A DNA stretch of 64,000 nucleotides from Cyanophora paradoxa CCMP329 (GCA_004431415.1 QPMI01000553.1:186001-250000), one strand, 5' to 3'. Shown: positions 1 to 14,400, numbered from the stretch's first letter. Notes: generated by a model from the sequence alone, not told the origin. Made by a program: numbers and translations.

Positions 1-289
1 CGTGCTCTCATAATTAGAGCATTAATATTAAAACATCAGTAAAATCTAATTGAAGCTACGGGGCTCTCGCCCGCGTCCCGAATTAGAGCTTTTGATATTC
101 TCGCTCACCGGCAATCGCGATCGCGATCGGGGCAGGCGCTCCCCCGCCGGCCCCCGACGTTGAAATCCCTGAGCAAGCTGGCGGCCGCGCATTGGGGCCG
201 GTGCGCCGCTCGCGATCGGAGCCCCGAGCCGCTCGCGCGAAGCTGCCGCCTGCCCGTGACTCTAATCTGAACGCGGCCCTCTGTCGCAG

Positions 290-3200
290 GTTTCTGACGT
301 TCGAGCGATTCGATGCGCCCTCTCGATTCCAGAGGCGGGCCGCGCTCGCCATCTTCGACGGCAGGCTGCTCCTCAAGGCACGCGTGCCGTGCCCGACCCG
401 ACCGCGTGTTTAATTTTGTGGGCGGCGCACTTTTCCCTTCCGGATTCGAATTCGGCCTCACGGGCGCGGGTGCGGGCGCGCGCGCGCGCAGGCCAGTCAC
501 GCGTGCTTCGGCAGCTGGTGGCAGCGGCCGAGCCCGGCCGAGCTGGACGCGGTCGCCGCCGCCCTCGCTCGCGTGCCCGGCGACGCGTGTGCGGGCGTCG
601 AGGGCCGCGGCCCCGTGCACGAAGGGCGCACCCCTTTCCTCTGTGTGCCCGCTTTGCTCTGCATATTTGCTCTGCATCTTCGATTCTGATCGTGACCCGC
701 CGACGTTAACAGCGGCGCTCATGAGGGAGAGGTTCGACCTCGCCCGGCGACTCAAGGAGATGGGGGCCGACCCGCTCGCCGTGTACGCCCCGTACCCCTT
801 CATGGCCGCCAGCCCCGCCAAGCGCTGGGTGCGCGCCCCTCCAGCCCTCTCCCCCCCCTCCCCCCTCCCCCCCTTCACTCACTCACTCACTGCGCCCGTG
901 ACGCAGGGGAGCCCCTTTCCCTTCTTCTCCTTCGAAACGCCTCCGTCGCTTTCGTATTTGGAACGGGATTACGGGTTCGGGCGCTCGACGGACTCGGCGC
1001 TGGCGGACGTGGCCGCGGGGGCGACGGCGCTGCACGTGCTGCAGCTGGCCCCGCGGTCACCGGCCGCGGTGCTGCTGGCCGCGGAAGAAGGCGGGGCGGA
1101 ACCGGAACTCTCTGCGGGCGAGGCGGCCGAGGTCTGGCACGCGGCCTCGGGCGCGGCGCCGGCGCACTGTCCGGCCCGTCTGAATCTGATGCGCGACTCG
1201 CGTGCGCACGTATGCGCAGCTGCTGCGGTCCTTGGGGCTCGCCCCCCTCGCGAACGCGCGGCGCCTGAACGAGCGGCCGCCCCTTCACGCGCACGCGGCC
1301 CGCGGCTCGGCGCGCGCGGTCTCCGTCCTCCTCTCCCTCGGCGCCGACCCCTTCCTCCAGGCGAGTCGGTCTTGTTGCATGAACTGCGTTCGAGCTCCCG
1401 CGCCGGCGCTCACGGTCAGCGGCCCGGCCCGCGCGCGCCGGCAGGACAAGCGCGGGGACAACGCCCTCTTCGTGGCGCTGGGCGCCTCGAGGGCGGATCG
1501 GATCGAGAGGGGCCGCATCGTCAGCGCGCTCCTCGAGCTCCATCCGGGCCTCGTCCGCACCAAGGGTGCGCGATCGCGAGCTCCGCCCTTCGCTTCGCCC
1601 CTGCTCGGGATCTGTTCGTCGGGCGGGCTCGAGCGACCCGGCTCCGCGCGCGCATGCCGCAGATGGGCAGGGCCGAGGCGTCCTCGGGCTCCTCGAGAGC
1701 GCGTCCGAGATCGACTCGCTGTCCTTCGAGGCGCTCTTGAACGCCGGGGCGTTCGCGGCCGGGGCCGGCGGGGCGACGGCGGCGCTGCGCCTGGCGGTCG
1801 CGAAGCTCAAGGCGTCTAAGGAGGGCCGCGTCGGGGCGCTCGTCGGGTCGCTCCTGCGGGACCACGGGGCCGACCCGAACGCCCGGGGCTACAGAGGCTC
1901 CACCCTGCTCATGGACGCGATCCGCTGCCGCAAGCACGAGGCGTGGCAGGCGCTGCTGGCGGCCCCGGGCCCGGGCGGCGTCGTCGACGTCGCGGTGCGC
2001 GACGGCAAGGGCCGCACGGCGCTGCACCACGCCGCCGCGGTCGCCTCGGACGGCGGCCGCGCCTTCCTCGCGCTCCTCGACCACGCGCACGGCCGCCTCC
2101 TCGACGTCAACGCGCCGGACAGGGACGGCAGGGCCGCCCTGCACCTCCTCTTCGGCGGCGACGACCCCGAGAACCCTTGCACGCACGCCCCCGTCGAGAT
2201 GTTCTCGAAGCTCCTCGGTGCGCGCGCGCGCGCGGCCGCCTGCGCGTGCGTACCCTGCCTTCATTTTCATGGATCTGATCGGAACGGGCCGGGGCGTCGC
2301 ATGGTAGAGCGGGCGGATCTCAACCCAAACCTCGCGGACAAGGCGGGCCGCAGCCCCCTCTTCCTCGCCGTCCAGCGCAAGGGGTGGATCTTCTCCCGCA
2401 ACAGAGTGGACAGCAAAGCCTGGGCTTCCGTCATCACAGTGCGGCTGCCGGCCTGGCCTTGCCGCGGCCCGCACGCGCGCGCGCTCCGCTCACATGCGGC
2501 CGCGGCTGCAGCTGCTCGTCGGCCGCCTCGACATCGATGCGAACGCGGTCTCGGAGGGCGGGCAGTGCGCGCCCGTAATCCATCGATCCCGAACCCGAAA
2601 TCGATCCCGAACTCCGCTCCGCGCCGCCGCAGGACGCCGCTCTGGCACGCGTGCGCCGTGCGGGACTGGGGGACGGTGGAGCTGCTGCTCGGGGCGTCCG
2701 GCGTCGACGTCGACGTGCAGCGGGGGCCGCCGGGGCAGCCCTCCCCCCTCTTCCTCGCCCTCCGCCCGACCAGCGCGGACGGCGACGCCTACCGGGGCGC
2801 GTGGCGGCAGCGGGCGGCCGTGCGGGCGCTCGTCGCGCGGGGCGCCCGCCCGGAGCCGGCCGACGAGTACGGCCTCAGCGTCCTCCACTACGTGCGCCTC
2901 AATAATCAAGTCACTTAGAAACCTTTCATTATACCTGGCTATAGCAGTCGATTTAAGATTTACGTGGGCCACTAGGCCCCTTCTAGATCTGGCGCCATCG
3001 GATTCCTGAACCTGCACCTGACCCGGCCCGCAGGCGGCGACGGCGATGAGAGAGGACGCCGTGCAAGACATCATCGCCGCCACGGGCGACCCGCGCGCCG
3101 CCTGCGCCCTCCGCGACCCAAAAGGTCCCCGCCCCCGGCCCGGCACCCACGCCCCCCGCCCCTGTAAAATCTGACGCCTGAACGTGGACCCCGGCGCCCG

Positions 3201-4263
3201 GCAGGCCGCACGCCGCTGATGCTCGCGTGCCGCCGGGGCCGCTTTGGCGTCGCGAGGGAGCTCCTCGCCCACTCGGACGCCGCTGCTCAGGCGCGCCTCC
3301 GGCCCCGGACCCCAGCTCCTTCTGAAATCGCTGAATCGCTGAATCACTGACCGGCCGCGGCCGTCGCTTAGGACATGGATGGGAACGGGGCGCTGCACCT
3401 GTTCCGGAGCGCCGACCTGGCGCGCACGAGCGCCAGCTATGGCGCTGCACCTGGCTCCGGCGGGGCCGGCGCGGGCCCCGGCCTGGCGTTCTTCCTCGAG
3501 CTGCTGCGGGCCTGCCCCGCTGCGGCGCGCGTGCGGAACGCGGCGGGCGAGACGCCGCTCCACGCGCACGCGCTGCGGGAGCCGTGGGCGCCGGCGCCGG
3601 CGCCGGGGCGCCCGGGCGCGGCCGAGGGCGGGCGGCCGCCCGCGCTGGAGGGGGCGGCGAGGGCCTTTGTCGCCGCCTCCGACCTGCTCGCCCGCGACGC
3701 CGCCGGCCGCACGCCCGTGCGCCCCGCCGGCGAAGCCGTCGAGCCCCTCTCACGGCTTCGCTCGCTCACGCTTCTTCTCATGCGCAGCTGCACGTCGCGG
3801 CGAAGGGGCCGAGGGCGTCGTCGCCGCCGCTGCTGCGGGCGATGCTGGAGTCGCCGCAGGCGGCCGCGGCGCTCTGCGCGCAGGACGCCGGCGGCGCGAC
3901 GCCCCTCCACGTCGCGTGCGCGGTGCGCCTGCACGCCTAGGCCTCGTCCGCCGTCTCTATTTCTGAGCTGCTCCGCATGCAGGGCGGCCGGGGGAGCTCG
4001 TGGGGGCGCTGCTCGAGGCCGTGAGGCGGGCTGGCCCCGAGGCCGGGGCCGCCGGGGCCGCTGGGGCCGCCGCGGCCCTCGAGCTGCGCGACGCGGGGGG
4101 GAGGAAGCCGGAGGAGGCCGCCCCCGCCGCCCTCCGCCCCCTCTTCGCGGCGGACGAGGGCGGAGGCGGAGGCGGAGGCGGCCCGGCCTCGGATCCACCG
4201 CCGGGCGCCGGCCTGCCTCCCTGCGGCCCTTTCCCGGCCCCTTGTGAAGATCATGACTGGTGA
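290..4263 (+). CDS. Multi-exon host ankyrin-repeat protein gene (5' end uncertain)
   Basis: Repeated ankyrin motifs across frames: GADPNARGYRGSTLLMDA, RDGKGRTALHHAA, VNAPDRDGRAALHLL, LADKAGRSPLFLAV, RTPLWHACA, RNAAGETPLHAHA, QDAGGATPLHVACA. They are separated by short intron-like segments (GTGCG...GCAG). Last exon stops at 4263. Confidence 0.8.
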
Positions 4264-5428
4264 TGATTTTATTATTTAGTTACATGTACAAGATCGTGAG
4301 TCTTGTGGGCAGCTGCATTCGTGATTAGCATCGGGCAGATTAGAATGCGTGTCGGCCGTGGGTCTTTATATATATGTATGCGGGGGTGAATTCAAAGCCG
4401 CCGGGGCGACGTCGACGTTTTCCCCATGGCCATGCAGGAATTCGAACGCTTCAATTGCAAAGGCTTCAAAATCCGAAACGATTAATATTGCACATCTCAG
4501 AGTCTGCATGCCGATGGAGATGAACGATTGCACATGCTAGAAAATCAAAATCTTGGCTGGTTATCTTGAAAATCAATGTGGAAAATTGATCATGAAACAA
4601 GCTTTTCGAATCAGGGGAAAAGGACCCTTTGGAGCTCGAGGTCGCGATTCGATGATTAATTATAAAATTAATATATTGCGCCAGCAGTTGCAGGTGGGTG
4701 TGTCACAGGGGGGCAAGTATGTATACATATGCATGTGCAGGGGACCGGGCCAGTCAGTAAGGACGAAGCCTTGAAGACCGTGAATTCGAACAGTTGGCAG
4801 CGGCAGCCATTAATATTGGTATACGTAATTGGACTCCGGGAGGCGCTGATCATATCGGATCATGATACTTACTACCGCGGTAATCGTTTATCTTTCATTT
4901 GCCAAGTTGTTCGGGTTTCAAGTCGTAGGCCAGCTGCCGCGTGCAGCCTCCATGCGCACGTGCCGTCATCACGGCATGATCATCGTCGATGCCGCGCCGC
5001 GGGCCGTCTAGCTCAAGAGTCCGGGGTGGGCGTCTACGGCGGGGCTGCATGGCATTAAATGTAAACATTGTACTACGGTACAATTGGCTCGGCCTAGAAC
5101 GGGGGCGCAGCTTCAGATCTAGAGCCCAAGCGACGCTGAGTCCTTGCGGGTTGATCATGATCACGCGTACGATGCAGAGGTGGGTCAATTGCACAGATCT
5201 AATTATAATATAACGCAGTAAAAAACAAAATCATTTGACGCTTGCATGCTATAGCTAGTTTAGATCTAGATCTATACCTCTGCTAGCTAGCCGGACGAGC
5301 GCTGGCTACTCGCATCGAAAGATCGGAATCAACGAAAATTTCCTAATTTATTTTGCGGCCGTACGTGATCATGATCACGAGGGCGCGCTCTGTCTACAAT
5401 CCTAAGTGCTAGTCTCGTGCTGAATGCG

Positions 5429-8400
5429 CTACTTCCCCAGCATCGCCGCGAGCTTGCAGGGGAGGCAGATGGAGGAGCACGGCGGCGAGGCGGGGCCGGG
5501 GGCGCCGGCCGCGTCGACAGGCTGCACCGTGAACTCGGTCATCTGGCCCGTCGGCAGATCGGTGAGCTGGTACGACGTCTGCGGCGCAGAAACCATCAGG
5601 GTCCGGGAAGTCCGGTTCATGACCATCGGATGCGATCGGCTTTACCTGGTTGCCGGGGACCTTGCCGATCGGCAGGCCGTTCTGGAGCACCATGTACTGT
5701 GCCGGGGGCCCGTTCGCCGGCGGGTCCCACGTCAGAGTGCCCGTCGTGCTCGACAGGATGCCCTGATTTCGATGTCGAAGCGCGTCAGACAGGTCGATAT
5801 ATAGAGAAATTCATAAGCATATCCTGCTGACCTGGTCGACGTTGGTGAGCTGGACGTTCGAGGGAGCCGCGGGGTTGGCCGAGCGACGCGGAGCGGCCTT
5901 CTGGCCCTCCGTCGGGTCGGGCACCACGACTGGCGAGGAGCCGGCGGAGGGCGCCGGGCCGCTGGCGGTGACGGGCACGACGGAGACGACGGGGCTCGGC
6001 GGGACGTCCACGATTTCGTACTCAGTGGCCGTCGGTGGGACCGTCGCGACCGTCGCGCCGTTGACGATGACGTTGTAGCCCTGGAGGCGGCCGTTGGCGA
6101 AGGCCTTGCCAGTGGGCCGGTTCCACTTCAGGGTGGCGCTGTTGGTGGAGCTGGGCGCGGCGGTGAGCTGCAGGGCCGAGCCGGGGTCCGAGGTCGACGG
6201 GGCGCTGGCGGCCAGCGCGAACGAAGCCGTGTCAGAGACGCCGGAGGCGCCCATCGGCACGACCTGATTTCGAAACGCGATGAGCAGTGCAAGACACGAC
6301 ATGAATGGACAACAGATCAAAGCGTCGCCAAGCTTAAGAGAACTCTATGGCGTGAAGCTGCGGTTAAGATTACCTGGTACTTCGAAGTGGAGCCCGGAGT
6401 GGCGGCGGGGACGAGGACTGTGGTTTGCGAGCCGGGAACGATGGAAACGACCTGCGGAATCGACGACATTCGAATAAGCCTTCTCTGCATACATTCCTAC
6501 ATCATCTATCCCGACGTCGGGAGCACCTTGCCGTTCGCCATGACGGCGTACGTGTTAGCAGGGCCGGCTGCAGGGTGGCTCCACGAGAGAGAGCTGCTAC
6601 CACCGCGGGCGCCAGCGGAAGAGAGGCGCAGGTTCGAGGGTGCCTTCTCGTCAGGGGCCGCGCCGGACGCGCCAGATGCGCCGGGGAATGCCGGATTTGC
6701 CAAAGACGCGGCGGACGGAGCAGCAATCGGGGCTGCTCCAGCACCAAGGCCAGCAGGGGCGGGGATTGGCGAGCTCGCGCGCCCGTCCGAGCCCGAAGCC
6801 GCGCCGCCGTACCCGGCCCCGGCCAGAGCGGCCGCACCAACGCCGGCGTACGGGCCCGGTCCGAAGCCGGATCCGGCGCCGCTGCCGCCGCTGACGGGGC
6901 TCGAGGCCGGGCCGACCGCGCCGTTCGACGCGACCGGCGCAACCTGGTAGACGCTGCCGGGCTCGCCGCTCTTGGGCGAGACGTCGAACGAGGTCTCGCT
7001 CGCCGGGACGGTGCCGAGGACCTTTCGGGATTTGCGCTCTCAATGCGTAAATCGAGTTTTGCGCCGACGGAATGCGAACAAAGAAGACCGTAGCCGAGCG
7101 CCAGGCACGAAAGAGCTGAGCGACTCGCTAGCCGCGGAGCGGCGCGAGGCGAGCACGGGATAAGCAGCAGGCTGCAGCGAGCGTCCCGCAAGGGACTAGC
7201 TGAGCTAGCCGTTGGGCCGAGCCGGCGGGCTTGAAGCCGCCGAGCTCCGGGGGGTACGCTGATTCGGGGTTTCCCTTCACGCCCAGCTTCGCTCGCGGCC
7301 GCCCCAGGCCACGAAGCGACCAGCGGCGAAGCGAAATCGCCACAGCCAGCACTTCTAGCACGTCAGCTCACCATGTCGGCCCGACCGCCGACCATCCCAG
7401 CCCTTCCGGCCACAGGCCTTCCCGGCGTCAGCTGGAGCCCACTAGCCGAAGATTATCTGCGGCGCAACCGCGCAGCAGCAACCGTGCAGCAGTTCTGCGT
7501 CGACGGCTGGCCCGAAGGCACCCTCTCTCCAGCAATCCTGCCGGAATCGTCGGCGGGTGGCGGTTCCCGCTTAGCTTTAGTTCCTTACTGCCACGGCGGT
7601 ACGTGGGTTCACGACCGGGCTCGCCCGCCTCGCTAGCGTATAGCGAAGGCTATTCCGGGGGCCCATCGTCAATCCGCGGCCACCGGCCTCTCCTTTCCGT
7701 TAAGCGGCTACCGCACCTCGCCACCTGATTCCCGTCGGTTGGCTGACCATCACCTGCGCGCATGTCGAGACCAACTCGACGCGATGGCCGGCCGCGCATC
7801 CTCGGCGCCCCGGCGGATCCCGCGCAGGATCGCCTCGGCCCGCGAGCGCCCGCGCTGTAGGCCCACCTCCGTCGACCGGGGCTGGGTCATCCCGGCCCCC
7901 CGGCGGTCGGTGCCCGGGCCGCTCGCGCGGCCCGGGGAGACGACGGAGTACGGCTCCCGCGTGCGCCTCGCGCTGCAGGACGGCCCCGCGAGCGTGCGCG
8001 CTGTGGGGCCCCGTACTCGGAGTTCGGAGGCCGCGCGCGCCCCTCGCTGCGGCCCGCCCCGTCCCCGACGGAGTCCGGCCGCACCCGCGGCCGGCGAACT
8101 TCGACCAGGTGCACGGGCCTCGCGAGCACCTCGCTGTGAGGCCGCCCGCGAGCGCTTGGCGCTGTGGGCCCCGTGCAAGGAGTTCCGGGGGCCGCGCGCG
8201 TCTCGCTGTGGCCCCGGGCCGCTGCGGCGGCACCGGCCCTCCCTCGGCCGGCAACTCCCAACCTGGCCCTCAACCCCGCGTGCGCCTCGCGCTGCGGGAC
8301 GGCCCGCGGGCGCCTCGCGCTGCGGGCCCCCTACTCGGAGTTCGGAGGCCGCGCGCGGCCTCGCTGCGGCCCGCCCCGTCCCCGACGGAGCCCGGCCGCG

Positions 8401-11400
8401 CCCGCGGCCGGCGAACTTCGACCAGGAGCACGGGTCTCGCGAGCACCTCGCTGTGAGACCGCCCGCGAGCGCTTGGCGCTGTGGGCCCCGTGCAAGGAGT
8501 TCCGGGGCCGCGCGCGTCTCGCTGTGGCCCCGGGCTGCTGCGGCGGCACCGGCCCTCCCTCGGCCGGCAACTTCCAACCTGGCCCTTCACACCTGCGTGC
8601 GCCTCGCGCTGCGGGACGGCCCGCGTGCATTCAAGCTGTGGGCCGTACTCGGAGCTCGGCGGCCGCGCGCGTTTTTTCGCTGCGGCCCGTTCCGCCCCGG
8701 CGGACCCCGGCCGCGCCCGCGGCCGGCGAGCTTCGACCAGGAGCACGGGTCTCGCGAGCACCTCGCTGTGAGACCGCCCGCGAGCGCTCGACGCTGTGGG
8801 CCCCGTGCAAGGAGTTCCGGGGCTGCGCGCGTCTCGCTGTGGCCCCGGGCTGCTGCGGCGGCACCGGCCCTCCCTCGGCCGGCAACTCCCAACCTGGGCC
8901 TTCATCTCCGCGTGCGCCTCGCGCTGCGGGACGGCCCGCGGGCGCCTCGCGCTGCGGGCCCCCCTACTCGGAGTTCGGAGGCCGCGCGCGGCCCTCGCTG
9001 CGGCCCGCCCCGTCCCCGACGGAGCCCGGCCGCGCTCGCGGCCGGCGAACTTCGACCAGGAGCACGGGTCTCGCGAGCACCTCGCTGTGAGACCGCCCGC
9101 GAGCGCTTGGCGCTGTGGGCCCCGTGCAAGGAGTTCCGGGGCCGCGCGCGTCTCGCTGTGGCCCCGGGCTGCTGCGGCGGCACCGGCCCTCCCTCGGCCG
9201 GCAACTCCCAACCTGGCCCTCCACACCTGCGTGCGCCTCGCGCGGCGGGACGGCCCGCGTGCTTTCAAGCTGTGGGCCGTACTCGGAGTTCGGCGGCCGC
9301 GCGCGTTTTTCGCTGCGGCCCGTTCCGCCCCGGCGGACCCCGGCCGCGCCCGCGGCCGGCGAGCTTCGACCAGGAGCACGGGTCTCGCGAGCACCTCGCT
9401 GTGAGACAAGCCCGCGAGCGCTTAGCGCTGTGGGCCCCGTGCAAGGAGTTCCGGGGCTGCGCGCGTCTCGCTGTGGCCCCGGGCTGTCCCGCAGCGCCGG
9501 CCGCCTCCACGGCCGGCGAACTCCAGCCTGGCCCCTCCCCGCGTGCGCCTCGCGCTGCGGGCCGGCCCGTATGCATCCGCGCGGCGGGCCGTGCTCAGAG
9601 TCCGGCGCCGCGCGCGACTCCACTGAGGCCCATTCCGCCCGGCTGACCCGGCCGCGCTAGCGGCCGGCGGACTTCAGGACCGCCACTGCGGCCTTGCCAG
9701 CGCCCCGCCATGCGCACAGCGCGGGCGCCCGCCCAGCGGCCGCGCCACGGCAGCACCGCCACCTCCTCCCCGCTAGACCTCCGCTCGGGGCCCCCGTCCG
9801 CTTCACCTCGCTTCGTCTTACGACGAGCCGCAGGTCAGCACCTGCTGGCGGACGAGTTGCTCGACGAGTCCCCACCTTTCACGAAGGCGGGGATGCGGGC
9901 CTGGGTCTACTGGCGCGACCTGCCGCGACGCTCCCGCTTCCTCGCGTGCAGCAAGTTTCTCCGCCTCACCGGCTACTTCCCGCCGTTCCCCTTTGCGGGC
10001 TCGCGGACGGTCCCGCGCCTCGCGGTACGCCGCACCGGGCGCCCCCCCCCCGCAGGCGGCTCTCATCCCGCGCCAGTTCTCCGACGCCCCCGAGTTCGAC
10101 ACCTCGCACGCCTTCCTTGCCGTGCTCGTGCCGGTCTACGTGATCCGCGTCATCGGCCAGCCGCGCGCGTCGATCTGCGTCGCGATCCACTCCAAGGACG
10201 ACTACTCGGGCCTCGAAGCCACCGGCGTCAACCTCGCCGACCTGGGCGTCACTCAGGAGGAGTGGGCACACTCCACTCCCGCCTCGGCGACGTCCCCACG
10301 GTCCTTCACGCCCTCCGGGCCTTCGGTATCACCGGCGCGCGCCAGCTCGAGCTCTTCGAGTTCCACACGCTCGCCTACCCGCTCGGCGTGCCGCTCGTCT
10401 TCCCGGCCACGAGTTTTGACGACGACGCGGCCTGGCGGTACGCCGACGCGGCGCGTTGTTTCTCTTACCCCGCCGGCTCACCGCGGACACACAGCGTCAC
10501 GCACGAACTCCTACCGTGGGAATTCGCGGCCGGCCTCGCGGGCGCCGGCATGATCCACGCCTGGCTTCACGACTCGGTACGGCCGCTGTCGATACCCCGC
10601 CGATCCGGCCTCACGGCCTTGCAGGAGAAGCAGAAGTTCTCCAAGACGTTTGGAACCGGCCTGCAGCCCTGGTTCCGCGACTTCGTGCGGGCCTTCACCG
10701 GGCAAGAGCAGGGCGCGGCCTCCGGCATCGCGGAGCTGCGCACGGCCCTGCGCAACGACTACGCCGCCGCCCTTGGCCTCTGCCCCGGCCCGTCGCGGGC
10801 CGCACCGTCCCGCTCCTGGCCGGCGAGCCTTCGGCCGCTGGATCCGCCCGACTGCGAGGTCCGCCTGACCTACCCTCGCTTCGGCGCCCCCCCCCCCGCT
10901 GCGTCTCACTCCGGCGTAGATTCCATGGGACCAGCTCGTTGAGCCCTGGGGTCTCGCGGAGACGCACTTCCATCACGGGGCGATCGAGGAGGCCTGGAAT
11001 TCCCCGGGCAGGAAGGGCCGGAGCCTCTACGCTCGGCCCGCCCGGGGGTCATCTCGGCTGCGCAAGCCGGCGGTCGACGTCATCGACGTCGACGCCGGCG
11101 CCGACACCCCGGCCCCCGCCGATCCAGACGCCCCCGCCCCGGGCTCCGCCCCCGACGCCTCCAACTCTTCCGCCCCGCCGCCGGCGACGGCAAAGCGCTC
11201 GCTTCTCCCAACGGGACGGAAGCGCATCCCGCCCCCGCCGACGGCCACCGACGCCGCGACCGGCGGCGAAGAGACGGCCCCGCCCCCGGTGGGGAAGCAG
11301 AAGACGAAGAAGGCGCCGGCGCAACCGCGCCGCCTGGCCCCGTCCAAGTCTGCCCCCGCCAAGGCAAAGTCGTCAGAGGAGCCGGCCCCGCGCCCGGCCC

Positions 11401-14400
11401 AGCCGGAGAAGCGCAAACGCCGCCAGGCCGCCCCAGAAGACGACGCCTCCGACGACTCCTGGGACCCGCCCCAGCGGCGCCGTGCGGCCACGCACCCGCC
11501 GCCCGCTTCGGACGACGAGGGCGAGGAGTCCGACGACGACTCGGACCCCGACCCGGAGCCCGAGGCCGTGGTGGCCGCCCCGAAGCGGCGCTCAGCCACC
11601 AAGGAGATCGTGCGGCTGCCGCCGCCCCTCACGGGTCCGCCCCGCACCCCGCCTCGCTGCACGTCCCTCACGCCGCGGCAGAGTCCGAGCGCATGGCCGC
11701 CATCCAGCGCTCCCGCGAGGAGGCCCAGGCCGCCGCCGGCGCGAAGCCGCTCGCGGCGGCCGCCCGCCATCTGCTGGCCACCCTCCCTCCCCGTCGGCGA
11801 CGCCCGCGGCACAGCCCGCGCCGCACTACGCGCCCCTCGCCGCCGCTCAGCCCGCTCAGGCGCCGCCCCAGCCGCCGGCCGGACCCCCGTTCGTTCCGCC
11901 GGCCGACCCTGGGCCGCCACGCGTGCGGCGCTGCTGGCGGGCAACGGCCCGCCGGATCTCGTCTGGCTCGCCCAGCACGCCGCGGCCGCCGCCGCGCCCG
12001 CGGCGGGAGCGTGGGCCCCGCAGGCCGGCTTCCAGCTCGCCGCACCGACCCCCGCGATCACCGCGGGGACGGCCCCCGCCCAGACCGGACCCCGGCCGGC
12101 GCCGCTACAGCCGGGACGCGCAGAACCAGCGCGAGCACCGCGAGTCGCGCCGCGACCGCGCCAAGGACCGGACCGCCGACAAGGACCGCCGCAAGTCCTC
12201 GCCGGCGACCAAGTCGGCCGGCAGCAAGCGCACCCGCTCCGCCTCTCCACCCCCGAGCCGGAAGTCGGCTGCGCCCAGCGACCCGTCCGACCCGGACGAC
12301 TCCAGCTCCGCCTCGTCGGACGCCGGCTCCCCTGAGTCGGACTCCGACTCCTCCTCCGAGGCCTCCGCCGCTCCCTCGCGGAAGGAGGCGAAGCGGGCGA
12401 AGCCGTCGGCCGCGAAGCCGGCTGGCCGCCTCCCGAGCGATCTCGTTCGCCCCGCCAACCTCCTCGGCCTCCAGCTGCCCGCCGCCGAGACTGGCCTGCA
12501 CACCGCGGCCACCGAGCTTGCCGAGCGGCTCCGCCAGATCGAGCAGGGCTTCACCAACTACCTCATGCCCGCGGCAACAACATCGCGGGCAGCGCCGCCG
12601 GCGCGGTCGATCCCCAGGTCGCGCCCATGATCGCGAACTTCGGCCTCTTCTGCATCCGGGAGACGATCGAGTTCTGCTGGGGCCTCGTGACGCAAGGGCT
12701 CGCCCAGGCCAACGTGCAGAACGCCATCGGCCTCGTCGCGCGCATCGGCGAGATCCGCGCCCGCATGCCGGGCGGCGCCTGCGGCCGCAGCGGCGAGCTC
12801 ATCCGCGAGTGGGACGCCCTCACGCGGCCGCTGTACCACCGCCTACGGGAGGCCGTCCGCGCCCTCTCGGTCCTCCGGGCCTACATGCGGCCCTCCGCGG
12901 ACCTCACCCGCTCCCTCAACCAGGCCGGCCAGGCGGTCGCGGCCTGGCCCGACTCGGCGAAGCTCCTGCGCAGCTCCTCCGGCCGCGGCACGTCGTCGTT
13001 CCTGCAGAACCCGCCCCTCGGCCCCCACGAGCTACGCAAGTTCGACAAGCAGACGACCGCCACCCTCGCGGTTGGCACACCCGAGGCGATGACGGCCGCC
13101 TTCCTGGCCGCCGGAGGTTCTCTCCCGCCCACGCCTCCGAGACCTCCCGCCGACGCCTCGCGCGAGCAGGCGCAGAGCGCCGCGCACGCCGCGAGCGCGG
13201 CGGCCGGAAGCACAACCGCGGTGGCAAGGCACCCCGCGCCCCCGCCGCCGGCGACGATGACCCCGACGACCGGGACGACGGGCGCAAAAAGGGACGGAAG
13301 AAGAAGCCCAGCAAGGGCGACCGGGACTAGCCCCCCGCGCCCCGCCCGCGGCCTTCCCGTCGACCTCCGCGTCGCCCCCCGCCGCCCCGGGCCTGCGAGC
13401 CCGTTCCCCCGTCGTGTACCCGCGTGTACAATGCCACCAGGCGCTTCCACCCCCGACCCGTTCGAGCGCTTGCGCCGCCTGGTAGCGGCGCACGGGACCC
13501 GGGCCCATACGATTTCACGGGCGCCGCGGCACGTTTCCGCGCGGGGCAGCTCCAGGACCACGCGCACAATTGGCGCGCCTTCTTCCGCCGCGCCGGCACG
13601 CAGCTGCCGTCCTGGGTGGGCATCGTGATTAGCAAGGGCCTGCGCCTGCCGCTCCAGACTCTGAACGGCATGCCGGTCGCGTCCCCGCTGGACCTACCCG
13701 GATCCGTCCCGAAGGGCCGCGCAACTCGTGCTACCGCACGCCGGAGCACACCGCGTTCGTCGACCGCGAGGCCGCGAGCATGCTCGCCCTCGGCGTCACG
13801 CGCGTCGCGACCGAGGAGGACATCCGCCTGATCCGGCACCGGGCCTCGCTCCTCGTGGTCGACAAGGCCGGCCCGGACAAATTCCGCCTCTGCCTCGACG
13901 CGACGCCGGTGAACCCGTTCATCCGGCTGCCGACCTTCCGGTACCAGACGCTCGACGAGGTTGCGTCGTACCTCACGCCCGGCTGCTGGCTCGTGAAGTT
14001 CGACCTCAAAAAGGGCTATTACCACATCGCCCTCGAGCCGAGCACGCAGCGCCTGCTCTCTTTCGAGTGGCGAGGCGTCCTGTACGTCTACCAGGCGCTC
14101 TGCTTCGGCGTGAACATCGCGTGCTTCGCGTTCACGAAGTTCACGCGCGCGTTCGCGAAGTACTGGGCCGCCCTCGGGTCAAGCTCTGCACGTACATCGA
14201 CGACGGGCTGTTCATCTGCCCGTCCCGCGAAATCGCGGAGCTCGTGTCGATGCACCTGCGGGCGATCGCGCCCGACCTCGGCATCACGTTCTCCGAGAAA
14301 TCGGACTTCACGCCGACCCAGCTCACGGAGTACCTGGGCATCGTGATCGACGTGCGCCCCGAGTCCGGCGTTTTCGCGGTCACCGCGAAAAAGGTCGCAA

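Noticed and set aside
7955-9600. CRISPR-like array
   Set aside because: Units are ~316-bp whole repeats with no unique spacers, and there are no cas genes.
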